Shown: positions 24,807 through 39,557, counted from the first letter of the stretch. The stretch is DNA of 64,000 bases from Squalus acanthias (GCA_030390025.1 CM059431.1:157296001-157360000), one strand, 5' to 3'. Notes: generated from the letters alone by a model not told the origin. Translations and numbers: made by a program.

Positions 24807-27789
24807 CTGATGCTCGTTAATAAATTTATTAATAGGAGGGTTAGGCGGAAATATTAAGATGAAAAGCAGAACGTTGCCTTATTAAACATGATATCAAGGC
24901 CCTCCTCCCCCATCAGTACAGCAAACTGTTAGTTCTGGGTACCAGCATTTCTCGAGTGTTACGATCACGACTCCAGATCAGGTGCGACACAGACAGCAGC
25001 CCATTGCAATCCAGTGAGTCCCGCTGATCTTGCGTATGCATTTTGTATGCCGCTCCAGACCCGAGCCGTTCACTTCTATTTCCACTTTTTTCTCCCATCT
25101 TTTCCTTTTCTCTCTAAACCTACCTGATCGCTCTCTCCAGTCGTCATACCTCCTTTCCTCTCTCCTCTTTCGGATACGCTGCCCTGCCAAATCCCTATCT
25201 CAATCCTTCCACATACCCCTTCCCCCTCAAACTTACTTCATTCTGTGTCGAAAATGCTCTCTCCCAACTCTCTTCACAACTGCACTTACGAAATACCAGA
25301 TATCCAGCTTTTGGTCCTCCATTCACCACAACATTGCTACAGCTCCCGATCTGCTCAACTACACCCTCACCACCACCTTCGATGCCCTACTCCCTATTAA
25401 AACAATCACATTGTCTCACCCTGGCTTTTCCAATTGGTACAGCCCTCATATCGCTCCCTTATGTCCAAGAGACGCAGACTTGAACGGATATGGCGGACAA
25501 TGGGTTTAGCCATTTGCCGCCAGTTCTGGCTGGACCACATAAAGCATTATAGGGTTCTGCTCTCGTCTGCAAAAATTGCTCACTATTCCAAAATCATTCT
25601 GGAATGCAACGACAAACCCCGGCTTCTATTTTCCACTGCTAAACATCTTCTTAAACCTCTCTCCCCTGTCTCCTCCAACTTCACCTCCAACAACAATTGC
25701 GAGAGGCTCATGAATTTCTTTGTCTCTAAGATTAAGACCATCCGATCAGCTGCCTCTACCACTTCTCATCCTTCCCCTAGCCCACCGGGAAAATATCCCA
25801 TAAGGTTCCCTCTGCCCTAGCCCTGAACAGCTTCTCTCTGGTCTCCTCCCCTGACCTCTCCCTCGCTCATCTTGTCTATGAGACCCAGTTCCTGCTCGCT
25901 CGATCCTATTCCCAGCTAACTGCTGATCACCCAACTTCCTTTTTTGGCTGCCATGTTAGCTGATATTATTAATGTCTCTCTCTCCTCAGGTACTGGCACT
26001 CTCTCCTTCAAATCTGCCGTCATCACCATTCTCCTCAAATAAATAACTCTTGACTGCTCCGTCCTTGCAAATTTCCGCCCCAACTCCAACCTCCTTTTCC
26101 GCTCCAAATTCCTTGAACATGTTGTCGCCTCCCAAAGCCATTCCCATCCTTCCTGGAACTCCATGTTTGAGTGTCTCCAATCGGGTTTCCGCCCCTGCCA
26201 CAGCAATGACACGGCTCTCATCAAGGTCACAAATGACATCCTTTGTGACTGCGAAAAAGACAAATTATCCCTCCTCGGCCTTCTCGACTTCTCAGCAGCC
26301 TTTGACACGGTTGACCACTCCACACTCCTCCAACGCCTTTCCACCGTCGTTCAGCTGTTTGGGACTGCACTCGTCTGGTTCCATTCTTATTCATCATAGA
26401 CAGAGAATCACCTGCAATGGCTTCTCTTCTCACTCGCGCATCACTACCGCTTGTTTCCCCCAAGAATCTATCCTTGACCCCTACCTATTTTTCATCTACA
26501 TGCTGCCCCTTGACAACATCATCGGAAAACAAAGCTTCAGTTTCCACGTTTACGCTGACGACACGCAGCTCCAGCTCACTATCACATCACTCGACCGCTT
26601 CACTGTCTTAAATTGTCAGACTGCTTGTCCGACATCCTGTTCTGGATGAGAAGAAATTTTCTCCAGATAAATATTGTGAAGGCATTTTTTTCATTCTCCG
26701 TCACTGACTCCATCCCTGTCCCTAACATCTGTCTGAGGTTGAACCACACTTTTTGCAATCTTGGATTCAGATTTGACCTTGAAAGGAGCCTCCGATCACG
26801 TATCCGCGGCCTAACTAAGACCGCCTATTTCCACCTCCACCATCGCTTGTCTCCAAACCTGCATCAGAACATCTGCTCCTGAAACCCGCATCCATGCCTT
26901 TGTTATCTCTAGACTTGACTTTTCCAAAACACTCCTGGCTGACCACGCAGGTTCTACCCTACGTAAACTAGAGGCCATCCTAAACTCGTGTGCCAGTGTC
27001 CTAACTCGCACCAAGTCCCATTCACCCATCACCCCTGTGCTCGCTGACCTACGTTGGATTCTGGTTAAACACCATTTCGATATCAAAATTTACACCCTTG
27101 TTTTTAGTTCCCTCCTTGGCCTCGCATCTCATTACCTCTAATCTCTTTGAACAAACTTTTAGTCATCTGCCCTAATTTCTCCTTATGAGTCACGGTGTCA
27201 ATTTTTTGTCATATAAACCACAACTTGTATTTGTATAGCGCCTTTAACGTAGTGAAACGTTCTAAGGCACTGCACAGGAGTATTATAAGACATAAAAATT
27301 AATACCGAGCCACATAATAATAAATTAAGGCAGGTGACCAACAGCTTTTTCAAAGAGGTAGGTTTTAAGCAAAATTCTTAATGGAGGAAAGTGTGGTAGC
27401 GAGGCGGAGAGGTTTAGGGAGGTAATTTCAGAGCTGAGGGCCGAGGCAACAGTGAGCGATTCTAAACAGGGTCGGTCAAGAGGGCAGAATTAGAGGAGCG
27501 CAGATATCTCGGGGATTTGTGGGGACAAAGGTGATTACAGAGATAGGAAGGGGCGAGGCCATGCAGGCATTTGAAAACAAGAATGAGAACTTTGAAATCG
27601 AGGCGCTGCTTAACAGGAAGGTAAAGATGGTGAGCGAGCACAGGGGAGATGGACGGACGGTCCTTGGTGCGAGTTGGGCACTCCCGTGAAACGCATTGGG
27701 ACATTTTACTACGTTAGAAGCATTATATAAATACAATTTGTTGTTGTTGATCTCCACACTGGGAGCGCCCATTGGTGAGATTTACTCAC

Positions 27790-27834
27790 ACAGTGCAGGC
27801 CAAAACCAGCCTTATCCCTGAGGTAGAGAATATT
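27790..27834 (-). other. 45-nt micro-exon, copy 2
   Basis: Same splice signals; NILYLRDKAGFGLHC. Confidence 0.6.
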
Positions 27835-30800
27835 CTGCAGGGAAATATGGAACATATGATCATTGATGAATTAAATGATCCGTCATGCGGTTTTACAGTC
27901 TGGCACAATAATATTATATTATTCACAGACAGTGGTGTAATATTTAGAATTTGCTGAGTTTTGACTTTAAATTCTGGTAATTTATGAATATGAGATCTAT
28001 CCACACACAATATACAGCTGGGTGTGATCCCTCTTGTCTCTATGAGCTGCAACACTGTCCGTGTGTTCATGGAGATATGTTCTGGTTCGTGCTTCTATTT
28101 GAATATATTTACCATATCTCTCATGGTGTCAGTACCTTATCAATGAGCACAGTAGGAGGTGAGGACATTTACCACTGTTTCACTAATATTAACACTAATG
28201 TCTAATGTCAAGTCACTTTAAACAGTGAGGTGATGCACAGCATTGATTAGTGGAATATATTTAGGGGTCTGACAATCTCATAATTGGCCATAAATAGACA
28301 AGAGGTAGATTTACCTTTTGTTTTACAATCACAATTCTCCACTTGTGTGTGTGTGTGTCTCGTTGTATGTGTGTTCACACACGAGCCTCCAATTAAACTA
28401 TGAGTCTTTAAATTTAATTTCGCCACTGCGGAAATGTAAAAGCGATTCAGGATCGGATCAGTAATTTCTCCAAACTGAGGTCAAATTTAATTTCCGGAAA
28501 TACTTTAGAACTAAGTTTGAAACGTGGTAATGTTCAGTTATCTGCTGTTTAATACCTAGTATAATAAACATATATTGCATTTCCACAGCGACTCTAAAAT
28601 TGACAAACATCCCAAGGTGCTTCACAGGAGCCGGATCAAAGACAAAAGATGGGCGCTGAATAAAGTAGGCAGAAGAAGGAGTGAACCAAAAAGGTTGGTC
28701 AAATAAGTCGGTTTTAGGAGCATATTAAAGGGAGGGGTGGAAGCTGGATATGTTTAGGTGGGGCATTTCAGAGCAGAGCACAGGGTCAGCAGAAGGCACA
28801 ACCGTCATAGATGAGCTGAGGAGAGGCTGAAATGCACTAGATCCCAGAGCCGGAGGAACAGAGAGGTCTTGGTGGTCGGGGCTTGTAGGGCTGGTGGGGC
28901 TTACAGAGACAGGGTAGAACAGGACTAAGAATGGATTTAAACGAGGATGAGAATGCTAATTTGGTGGTGCGGCGGGACCGGGTGCCAATGTACGTCGCAA
29001 GGACATGGGTGATCGTTGAGCAGCATTTTCCATCCACCCAAGGTTACGTTGGGTGAAAGGAGCAAGGCCGACCCGGAGAGCACTGGAAAACTCGAGTCTA
29101 CAGTAGATAAAAGCATGCATGAGGATTTCAGCAGCAGATGGGCTGAAGCAGGGATAAAGATGAATAATGATATGGACGTGGAAGTAGGTCTTTGTGATGA
29201 AGAGAATATCGGTTCGGAAGCTCAGCTTGGCGTCTTATAGAACGCGGAGGCTGTAAACTGTCTGGTTCAATCCGAGACACTGGCTGGGACGGGGATGGAA
29301 TCACCGACAAGGGAATAGAATTTGCGCTGTGTGTTGAAAACCATGCGTACATGTGAAAGCTGTACACTTGCCTTTGGATAATGTCTCCAAGGGGCAGCAC
29401 ATAGATGAGAAATTGGAGAGGGCAGGTAAGTGGTCTATGGGGCACAATTTTCTAAACGTCTTTTTCTGGCTCCCATGTTGTCTGACATTGTTAACAGCTC
29501 TCTCTCCTCAGTTACTGTCCCCCTTTCCTTCAAATCTACCGTCATCAGCACTCTTCTAAAAAAAAACCTGGATTCCTCCAACCCTGCAAACTACAGCTCC
29601 ATCTCCAACCTCCCTTTCCGCTCGAAAGTCCTTGAACATGTTGTCACCTCCCAAATCTATGCCCATCTTTCCCGAACTCCAGACTGTGTCCCACCAATCG
29701 AGTTTCCAACCCTGCCACAGTAACTAAAGGTTTTTGTAATCAATGTCACAAATAACATCCTATGTGACTGCGACAATTACAAACTATCCCTTCTCGTCCT
29801 TCTCGACTTCTCAGCAGCCTTTGACAGGGTTGACCACTCAGCACTCCGCGAGAGCCTCTCCACCTTCATCCAGCTGGGTGGGACTGCTCTCACCTGGTTA
29901 CATTCTTATTTTTCGCAGCCAGAGAATCATCTGCAATGGCTTCTCTTCGCGCTCTAGCATCATTACCTCTGGTGTCCCACAAGGAGCTATCCGTGGCTCC
30001 CTCCTATTTTTCAGCAACATGCTGCCACTTGATGACATCATCGAAAAGCACAGCGTCCGTTTCCACATGTATGCTAACGACACCCACCTCCAACTCTACA
30101 CCACATCTCTTGAACCTCCACGATTTCTAAATTTTCAGGCTGCTTGTCCGACATCCAGTTTTGGGTGAGCAGAAATTTTCTCCAGTTAAATATTGGGAAG
30201 AACAAAGTCATTGTTTTCGTTCCCCACCTTAAATTCAATTCCCTAGCCCCCGACTCCATCCCTCTCCCTAACATATGTCTGAGGCTGAACCACACTGTTC
30301 GCAACCTTGGTGTCACATTTGACCTGAAATAAGCATCCAACCACATATACGCTGCATAATTAAGACCGTTTATGTCCACCGCCGTAACATCGCCCATCTC
30401 CACCCCTGCTACGGAAACCCTCATCCATACCATTGTTACCTCTACACTCGACTTATCCAACGCGCCCCTGGCTGGCCTTTCACGTTCGACCCTACGTAAT
30501 CTTGAGGTCATCAGAAACTCGACTGTCAGCTTCCATATTCACACCAAGTCCCGTTTGCCCATATCCGCTGTGCTCGCTGACCTACATTGATTCCCAGTTA
30601 AGCAACACCTCGATTTCAAAATTCTCCCCCCTCCCTAAGTCTGTAATCTATTCCAGCCCAACAACTACATCCACCGAGATAAATGAGCTGTTATAATTCA
30701 TCCCTCTTGAGCATCGCCGATTATAATCGCTCAAACATTGGTAGTCCTGCCTTCAGTTGCCCATGCCCTAAGTTCAGGAATTCCCTCCCTAAACCTCTCC

Positions 30801-32192
30801 ACTACTTTCCTACTTTAAGACGCCCCTGAAAACCTATCTCTTTGACGAAGCGTTTGTTCACTTGTCCTAATATTTTATGTGGCCCGGTGTCACATTGTGT
30901 TTGATAGCGCTCCTGTGATGAGCCTTGATACGTTTTACCACGTTAAAGATGCTATAGAAATCCAAGGGTTTTTGTAGTTCTGTGCTGTCCTGGAACACTT
31001 TATTAATTCTGGCGTTAACAATTATTTTGTTTCTCCTCAAAATGTTATGACCAGGAACATTTCTCTTAGTCCAGTGAAATCCCAGGCCATGTCCTTCAGA
31101 TACTATTTCACATCTTTCATGCCTCTGACATTCCAAGTGTCTTTGGAATAATTTGTGCATTTACAGACACAACAGTCATTTCTAAATCCAATTCTATAGA
31201 ATGTTGATTCTATTTTATTTTACATTTGTTTTAACATCAAGTGACTTCATCTCTCACTACTCGAAAACAACCTTCCTTTTTTATGCTAATAATTTTTCAC
31301 TGTTTCATAAATATTCTGTTTCAACTCCAACAGTTTCATTAATTCCGCTCTGTAGTCTCAGACGCGGATATTTCTTACACTACAGTCATATCAGCTTATA
31401 CCCTTCCCACTGCTCCATCACCTACCTGTGAAACTATTGTTGTTGGTGGGTTCAGATCGCGGCCGTCCCATCCCTTTTCCCTGAACTCACCCTCGGGCCC
31501 CAAGAATGTGAACCCTTCCCCCTTACTCCAGCCAAGCAGGCTCACATTGATCTGCCTCATATTTCCCTCACTAAGTGGCACAGTGCAAAACAATCCAGAG
31601 ATAGCCACCTTGAGGCCTTGTCTTTAGTCTAGTGCCTCAGTCTCGATATTCACTCGATAAACGTATTTCTATCCGTGTTACTGATTCCGACCGCAGGTAA
31701 TTTCTCCTCTCCTTTACTTCCCAGAGATGTTCCTAACTTTTCCAGGATGTTCTTCTCTCTGGCGCTTGGGAGGCATCTTCCCACTTGAAACCTGAACAGG
31801 GCTGCAGACGAGTCTGGTTATTCACCAAACTATAGAAACTCCCACCACTATCGCTATCATATTTTTGTTCCCCACCTGCCTCTCACCCCCGCCCCACTCG
31901 GGGTGGCCTCCTGCTCCCTGATGTCACACGGTTGCTCAGGAGGACCCTTCTCCATGTCTCTGCCTCTATCTAGCTTACGATCCCCAAAAACCATGTATCT
32001 ATTGGACAGTTCCAGTACTCAGTGGCTCCCTGCACCTATGACGGCGGTGCCTCTCTAGATGGTCACTCACTTCCCACTTTGTACTCATCCCCTGTCCTGT
32101 TCACTCTTCCTGTGTGAGCTGCAGGTTCATGCAGTATATCCGGTCCCTTTGTCGGGACAGAAATTATATTTTAAAGATTTTTGTGATCCTAC

Positions 32193-32280
32193 CTGTGTCC
32201 TTTCTCCTTCTTGTTGAAGATGTTGGATCTTTTCCCCTGTTTGGACCTTCAGCTATGTCGGTGACAGGCGTTCCCAGGTT
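32193..32280 (-). CDS. Leader exon copy 3 (88 nt); ATG position is ATA
   Basis: cag|NLGTPVTDIAEGPNRGKDPTSSTRRRKDT, donor G|GTAGGA (phase 1). Confidence 0.5.
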
Positions 32281-34257
32281 CTGATGCTTTTAATAAATAT
32301 ATTAACAGGAGGGTGAGGTGGAAATATTAAGATGAGAAGCAGACGATGTCTTGTTAAGCATGATATCATGTCCCTCCTCCCCCATCGGTACAGCAAACTG
32401 TTAGCTCTGGGTACCAGCATTTCCCGAGTGACACGATCACCACTCCAGATCAGGTGCGACACAGACAGCTGCCGAGTGACATCCAGAGAGTTCCGCTGAT
32501 CTTGAGTGTGCATTTTGTATGCCGCTCCAGACCCGAGCCGTTCACTTCTATTTCCACTTTTTTCTCCCCTCTTTTGTTTTCTCTCTAACCCTACCTGATC
32601 GCTCTCTCCAGTTGTCTTGCCTCCTTTCATCTCTCTTCTTTCGGATATGTTGCTTCCCAAATCCCTACCCCAGACCTTCCACAACCCCCTTCCCCCTCAA
32701 ACTTACTTCATTCTGTGTCGAAAAAGCTCTCTCCCAACTCTGTTACAACTGCACTTACGAAATCCCAGCCATCCAGCTTTTGGCCCTCCATTCACCAGAA
32801 CATTTCTGCAGCTACCGATCTGATGAACCACACGTCCACCACCACCTTCGATGCCCTAGTCGGTATTAAAACAATCACACTGTCTCACCCTCGCTTTTCC
32901 AACTGGTATAGCTCTCATCTTTGCTCCCTTAATTCCAAGAGACGCAGACTTGAACTGATATGGCGGACAACTGGTTTAGCCATTTGCATCCAGATCTGGC
33001 TGGAAAACATGAAGCATTAATGGGCCCTGCGCTCGTCTGCAAAAAATGCTCACTATTCCAGAATCATTCTGGAATGAAAAGATAAACCCCGGCTTCTTTT
33101 CTCCACTGCTAACCATCTTCTTAAACCCCTCTCCCCAGTCTCCTCCACGCTCACCTCCAACACGTGCGAGGAGCTCATGAACTTCTTTGTCTCTAAGATT
33201 ACGACCATACGATCAGCTGCCTCTGCCACTTCTCATTTTTCCCTAGCCCACCGGGCCAAACTTCCCCTAAGGCTCCCCCCTGCACTAGCCCTTAACTCGC
33301 ATCATTTTCCAGCTTCTCTCTGGTCTCCTCCCCTGACCTCTCCGCGTTCATCTTGTCCATGAGACTCACTTCCTGCACGCTCAACCCTATTCCCACCAAA
33401 ACGCTGACCACCCAACTTCCTCTTCTGGCTCCCATGTTAGCTGACATTGTTAATGGCGCTCTCTCCTGATGTACTGTCACCCTCTCCTTCAAATCTTTCA
33501 TCATCACCACTCTCCTCCAAAAATTTCCGCCAATGCTACATTAAGTAAACGGCTCTCATCAAATTCACAAATGACATCCTTTGTGACTGAAACAAATATA
33601 AACTATCCCTCCTCGTCCTTCTCGACTTCTCAGCAGACTTTGACACGGTTGATCATTCCACACTCCTCCAAAGCCTCTCCACCAACGTCTTATCTATCGT
33701 AGTCAGAGGTTCACCTATAATGGCTTCTCTTCCGGCTCACACATCGTTACCTCTGGTTTCCCACAAGGATCTATCTGTGGCTGCCTCCTATTTCTCATTA
33801 ACATGCTGCACCTTGAAGACATCTTCAGAAAACACAACATCAGTTTCCACATGTATGCGAACGACGCACACCTCGACCTCACAAACCACTCTCTTGACCC
33901 CTCCACGGTCTCTAAATTGTCAGACTGCTTGTCCAACATGCAATTCTAGATGAGCAGAAATTTTCCCCAGTTAACTATTGGGAAGACAGAAGCCATTGTT
34001 TTTGTTCCCCGCCACGAACTCCATTCCCAAGCAACCGACTCCATCCCTCTCCGAACATGTGTCTGAGTCTGAACCACACTATTCGCAACCTTGGTGTCAC
34101 ATTTGACCCCGATATGAGCTTCCTACCATATATCCGCAGCAGAACTAGAATCGCATATTTTCACCACGGAAACATCGCCCAACTCCACCACTGCTACTGA
34201 AAACCTCATCCATACCTTTGGTAAGAAGAGAAGACCTCTAGAATTGACCATTCCAAC

Positions 34258-37200
34258 GCGAGTCAGCAGAGGGTGCTGTGAGTTTGGGTAAGTGTGAGAG
34301 TTCTTTAATTGTTAGTTCTCTTTAAATCATTATTGATAAGAGTACTTAAGCAGTTTAAGTGAAGGGGGTAAATTACATATTTGGGATTATGTTGGTTTAA
34401 GAAGAGTCAAACAAGGTTACACAGCAGTAGGATTAAATTAGCACAGCAGGCAGTTGAAACCAGTTTTCTAACCAATCAGCAGCGGTGATTCATTTGGCTG
34501 TAAACAAACAAACAGTATAAAAAGACCAGTGCTCGTGCGAGCACTGAGTGCGAGTCAGCAGAGAGTGCTGTGAGTTTGGGTAAGTGTGATTTCGGGTGAG
34601 TGGGGTGTAGGGTGCTCTTTTTAAACTTTAACTCTGCGGGTTGTAGTTAATAAGGCCTTTCTGGTGCAGAGTGCAGTTGGTAAGCCATTTCACTGGTGTA
34701 ATTTAGAGGGATTAATTTAATTTCAATTCAATTAATTAAAGGGGATACTAGCATCTATAATCGGGCAGAGAGTGTCGATAACTAACAATAAAAAATTTAA
34801 TTAATTACATAGAATGGAGCAGGTGTTGTGTTACTGTTACGAGATGTGGGAGCCGGTGGACCCCATTGAGGCTCACGGTGATTACATCTGTGACAAGTGT
34901 CTGCTCCTACAGGAACTCCAGCTCCGTGTTATGAGCTGGAGTCTGAGCTTCAGACACTGCGACATATCAGGGAGGGGGAGAAATACCTGGAATCTGTGTT
35001 TCAGGAGGTGGTCACACCTATGAAGTTTATTAATTCAGATGTAGCCCATGGTCAGGGACAGGACGGTGTGACTACGAGTGAGGCAGGTACGGGGATCCAG
35101 GAGGTAGTGTTGGAGGAGCCGCAGCCCTTGCTCTTGTCCAACAGGTTCGAGGTTCTTACTCCCTGTTGGGTCAGGAGCAGGGACTGCAGGGAGGATGAGC
35201 AACCTGGCCAAAGCACCGTGGAACGGGGGCCCATTCAAGAGGGGGGAGTAAATAGAAATGTTGTAGTGGTAGAGGATAGTTTTATTAGGGGGATAGATAG
35301 ACTTCTCTACAGCCGAGAGCGAGAGTCCCGTAGGCTGTGTTGCCTGCCCAGTGCCAGGGTTAAGGACATCTCCTCTGGGCTGGAAAGAAACTTGCAGTGG
35401 GAGGGGGTGGATCCAGTTGTCGTAGTCCATGTTGGTACAAACGACGTAGATAGGACAAGGACGGCGGTTCTGTTAAAGGAGTATGAGCAGCTAGGGGTCA
35501 AATTCAAAATCATAACCTCAAGGGTAATAATCTCTGGATTATTACCTGAGCCACGAGCAAATTTGGATAGGACAAATAAAATTAGAGAGTTAAATGAGTG
35601 GCTCAAAGACCGGTGTGTGCGAAATGGGTTTTGGTTCCTGGGACACTGACACCAGTACTGGGGAAAGAGGGAGCTGTTCCGTTGGGACGAGCTTCACTTG
35701 GCCAGTGCTGGGACTAGAGTCCTGGCGGATCAGAAAACTAGGGTTGTAGAGAGGGCTTTAAACTAACTAGTGGGAGTGGAGGTTCCTAGAGAGCAAATAA
35801 TAAAAATGACAACAGAGAAGGTCATAGACTTAGGTAGCAGTGAGGAAATTAAAAAACAGAGTGTGTCAGGAAGGGGCAGAAGGTATGGAGTAAAAGGTAA
35901 AGTAATAAAATTAGCAAAAGCAGGAACTAAGTGTCACAAAACATATTTGAAAGTTCTCTATCTGAATGCACGCAGCATTCGTAACAAAATAGACGAGTTT
36001 ATGGCACAAATAACGACATATGGGTATGATCTTGTGGCCATTACAGAAACATAGCTGCAGGGTGACTATGCCTGGTAATTAAACATACCAGGTTATTTAA
36101 CGATCTGGAAGGACAGGCAGGAAGGAAGGGGAGGTGGGATGACAATGTTAATAAAGGAAGGAATCACTGTAATACAGAGAAATAATATTGGGTAAAAAGA
36201 TCAGGATAATGAAAGAGTTTGGGTGGAGATAAGGAATAATAAGGGGAAAAAACATTAGTGGGTGCAGTCGATAGGCTTCCGAACAGTTGCAAATCTGTTG
36301 GACGGAGTATCAATCAGGAAATAGTTGAGGCTTGTAATAAGGGAACAGCTTTAATTATGGGTGATCTTAACTATCATATTAATTGGACAAATCAAATTGG
36401 GCAGGGCTGCCTTTAGGATGAGTACATTGAGTCTATTAGGGATCGGTTTCTTGAGCAGTATGTAACTGAACCGACCAGGGGGCAAGCAACCTTAGATCTG
36501 GTCCTGCGTGAGGAGACAGGATGAATTAAAAATGTCCTAGTAAAGGATCCCCTTGGAATGAGAAACCATAACATGGTTGAATTGCATATTCAATCAGAGG
36601 GTGAGAAGGTTGGATCTCAAACAAGCGTGCTAAGATTGAATAAAGGAGACTATGAAGGTATGCGAGTGGATTAGAGGAGAGAGGATTGGGAAAAAAGATT
36701 AAAGGGTAAGGCGATATATGATCAGTGGTGTACATTTAAGGATTTACTTTACAACTTCCAAAAAATATATATTCCACTGAGAAGAAAAGGGTGTAAAAGT
36801 AAAGACAGTCATCCGTGGATAATTAAAGAAATTAAGGAAGTATTCGACTGAAAACAAGGGCTATTCAGGTAGCCAAATCTAGTGGGAGGATAGAGGATTT
36901 GGAAAACTTTAAAAGACAGCAAAAAATAACAAAAAGATTGATTAAGAAAGGGAAGATAGATTATGAAAGTACATTAGCAAAAAATATAACAACAGATAGT
37001 AAGAATTTTTATAGTTATATAAAAAGAAAAAGGGTGGCTAAAGTAAATGTTGATCCCTTAGAGGATAAGACCGGGAAATTAATGGTGGGAAATATGGAGA
37101 TGGTAAAAACACTGAATGAATATTTTGTATCAGTCTTTACAGTAGATGACACTAAGAATATCCCAACACTGGACAAACATGGGGCTATAGTGGGGAGGAG

Positions 37201-38980
37201 CTAAAAACGATCAAAATCACTAAAGAAGTGGTACTCGGTAAAATAATGGCACTCAAGGCGGATAAATCACCTGGACCTGATTGCTTACATCCTAGGATCT
37301 TGAAGGAAGGGGCGGTAGGGAATGTGGATGCATTGGTAATAATTTTCGAAAACTCCCTGGACTCAGCAAAGATCCCGGCAGACTGGAAAACTGCTAATGT
37401 AACACCCTTATTTAAAAAGGGCAGTAGAGAGAAGGTTGGAAACAATAGCCTAACATCTGTGGTAGGTAAAATGTTGGAGTCCATTATTAAGGAGACAGTA
37501 ACGGGACATTTGGATAATCATAATTTAAGAGGACAAAGTCAGCATGGTTTTATGAAGTGGAAGTCATGTTTGACAAATTTGCTGAAGTTATTTGAGGAAG
37601 TAACATATAGTGTGGATAAAGGGGAACCAGTGGATGTGGTGTATTTAGACATCCAAAAGGCATTTGACAAGCTGTCACACAAAAGATTATTGATTAAGAT
37701 AAAAAATCACGGGATTGGGGGTAATATACTGGCATGGATAGAGGATTGGCTATCTAACAGAAGGCAGAGAGTTGGGTTAAATGGTTCATTCTCAGACTGG
37801 CAATCAGTAACCTGTGGTGTTCCGCAGGTGTCAGTGCTGGGTCCCCAAATCTTTACAATCTATATTAACGATTTGGAGGAGGGGACCGAGTGTAACATAT
37901 CAAAGTTTGCAGATGACACTGAGATGGGAGGGAAAATAGTGAGTGAGGAGGACATAGAAAATCAGTAAGGGGACTTAGACAGGCTAAGTAAGTGGGCAGA
38001 GATTTGGCAGATGGAATACAATACTGGGAAGTGTGAGGTTATGCACTTTGGCAGGAAAAATAGTAGAGCAAGTTATTACCTAAATGGCAATATACTGGAA
38101 AGTACTGAAGTACAAAGGGATCTGGGGATCCTGGTGCACGAAACTCAAAAGGTTAGTATGCAGGTGTAGCAAGTGATTAAGAAGGCCAACGGAATGTTTA
38201 CTTTCATTGCTAGGGGGATAGAATATAAATATAGGGAGGTATTGCTTCAGTTGTACAATGTATTGGTGAGACCGCACCTGGAATACTGAATACAGTTTTG
38301 GTGTCCTTACTTAAGAAAAGACATACTTGCTCTCGAGTCAGTACAAAGAAGGTTCACTCGGTTAATCCCGGGGATGAGGGGATGAACATATGAGGAGAGG
38401 TTGGGTAGATTGGGACTCTACTCATTGGAGTTCAGAAGAATGAGAGACGATCTTATTGAAACATATAAGATTGTGAAGGGGTTGGAACGGGTGGATGCGG
38501 GGAGGATGTTCCCGAAGATGGGTGAAACTAGAACTAGGGCGCATAGTCTTATAATAAGGGACTGCTCTTTCAAAACTGAGATGAGGAGGAACTAGTTCAC
38601 TCAGAGGGTGGTAGGTACATGGAATACGCTGCCCCAAAAAGCTATAGAAGCTACATCATTACATAAATTTAAAACAGAAATAGGCAGTTTCCTAGAAGTA
38701 AAGGGAATTAAGGCTGTCGGGGAGCGCACAGGAATTTGGGCATGAGTCTCGGTTCGGATCGGTCATGGCCCTGTGGGTAGCGGATTGGGCCCAGGGGCCG
38801 TGTAGCCTGATCCTGCTCCTATTTCGTGTGTCCAATTCTGTTAGATTCAGGAGATGGTTCTGTGATAGTAGATTGGCGGTTAGGATCAGATCAGCCATGA
38901 TCTTATTGATATGCGGAGCAGGCTCGAGGGGCCAATTGGCCGACTCCTGCTCCTATTTCTTATGTTCTTATGTTCTTATG
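34258..38980 (+). mobile_element. Near full-length degenerate CR1 LINE inserted in an L2
   Basis: ORF1 (CYCYEMWE...CDKC; esterase VHVGTND; 34814-35649), endonuclease YLNARSIRNK, RT (37228..37968), (TTCTTATG)n tail; L2 sequence resumes at 38981. Confidence 0.96.
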
Positions 38981-39557
38981 CTACTGTCTGGTCTCCCACG
39001 TTCGACCCTACGTAAACATCAGATCATCCACAACGCGGCTGCCAGTGCGCTAACTCTCCCGTCTCCCCTGTGCTCGCTGACCGACATTGGCTCCCGGTTA
39101 AGCTGTGCCTCGATTTCAAAATTCTCCTCCCGCCATACCTCTAATCTCTTCCAGCCCAACAACTCCATCCCCGGAGGTAACTGAGCTCTTATAATTCTGC
39201 CCTCTTGAGCATCCCTGCTTATAATCGCTCAACAATTGGCAGGCCTGCCATCATTTGCCCAGGCCCTAAGATCTGGAATTCCGTCCCTCAACCTCTCCAC
39301 ATCATTCCTCCTTTAAGACGCTCCTTTGCAACTACCTCTTTGATCAAGCTTTTGCTCATCTGCACTAAGTTCTCTTTATGTGTCTCGATGTCAAATTGTT
39401 GTCTTATAATACTCCTGTGAAGCGCACAGACACGTTTTTCTAAGTTTCAGGCGCTATATAAATACACGTTCTTGTTGATCTCCAAAACCGAGTTCTAGAC
39501 TGGCTGCAGTCGGCCGAGACTCCGCATTGGGAGCGTCCATTGGTTCTATCTACTCAC

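Larger units (their letters stand above)
17900..30960. repeat. Leader-exon segmental unit, copy 2 (with a 5.6 kb CR1 insertion)
   Basis: Colinear with the other copies. The uninterrupted period between homologous exon ends 24719 and 32193 is 7474 bp. Confidence 0.85.
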
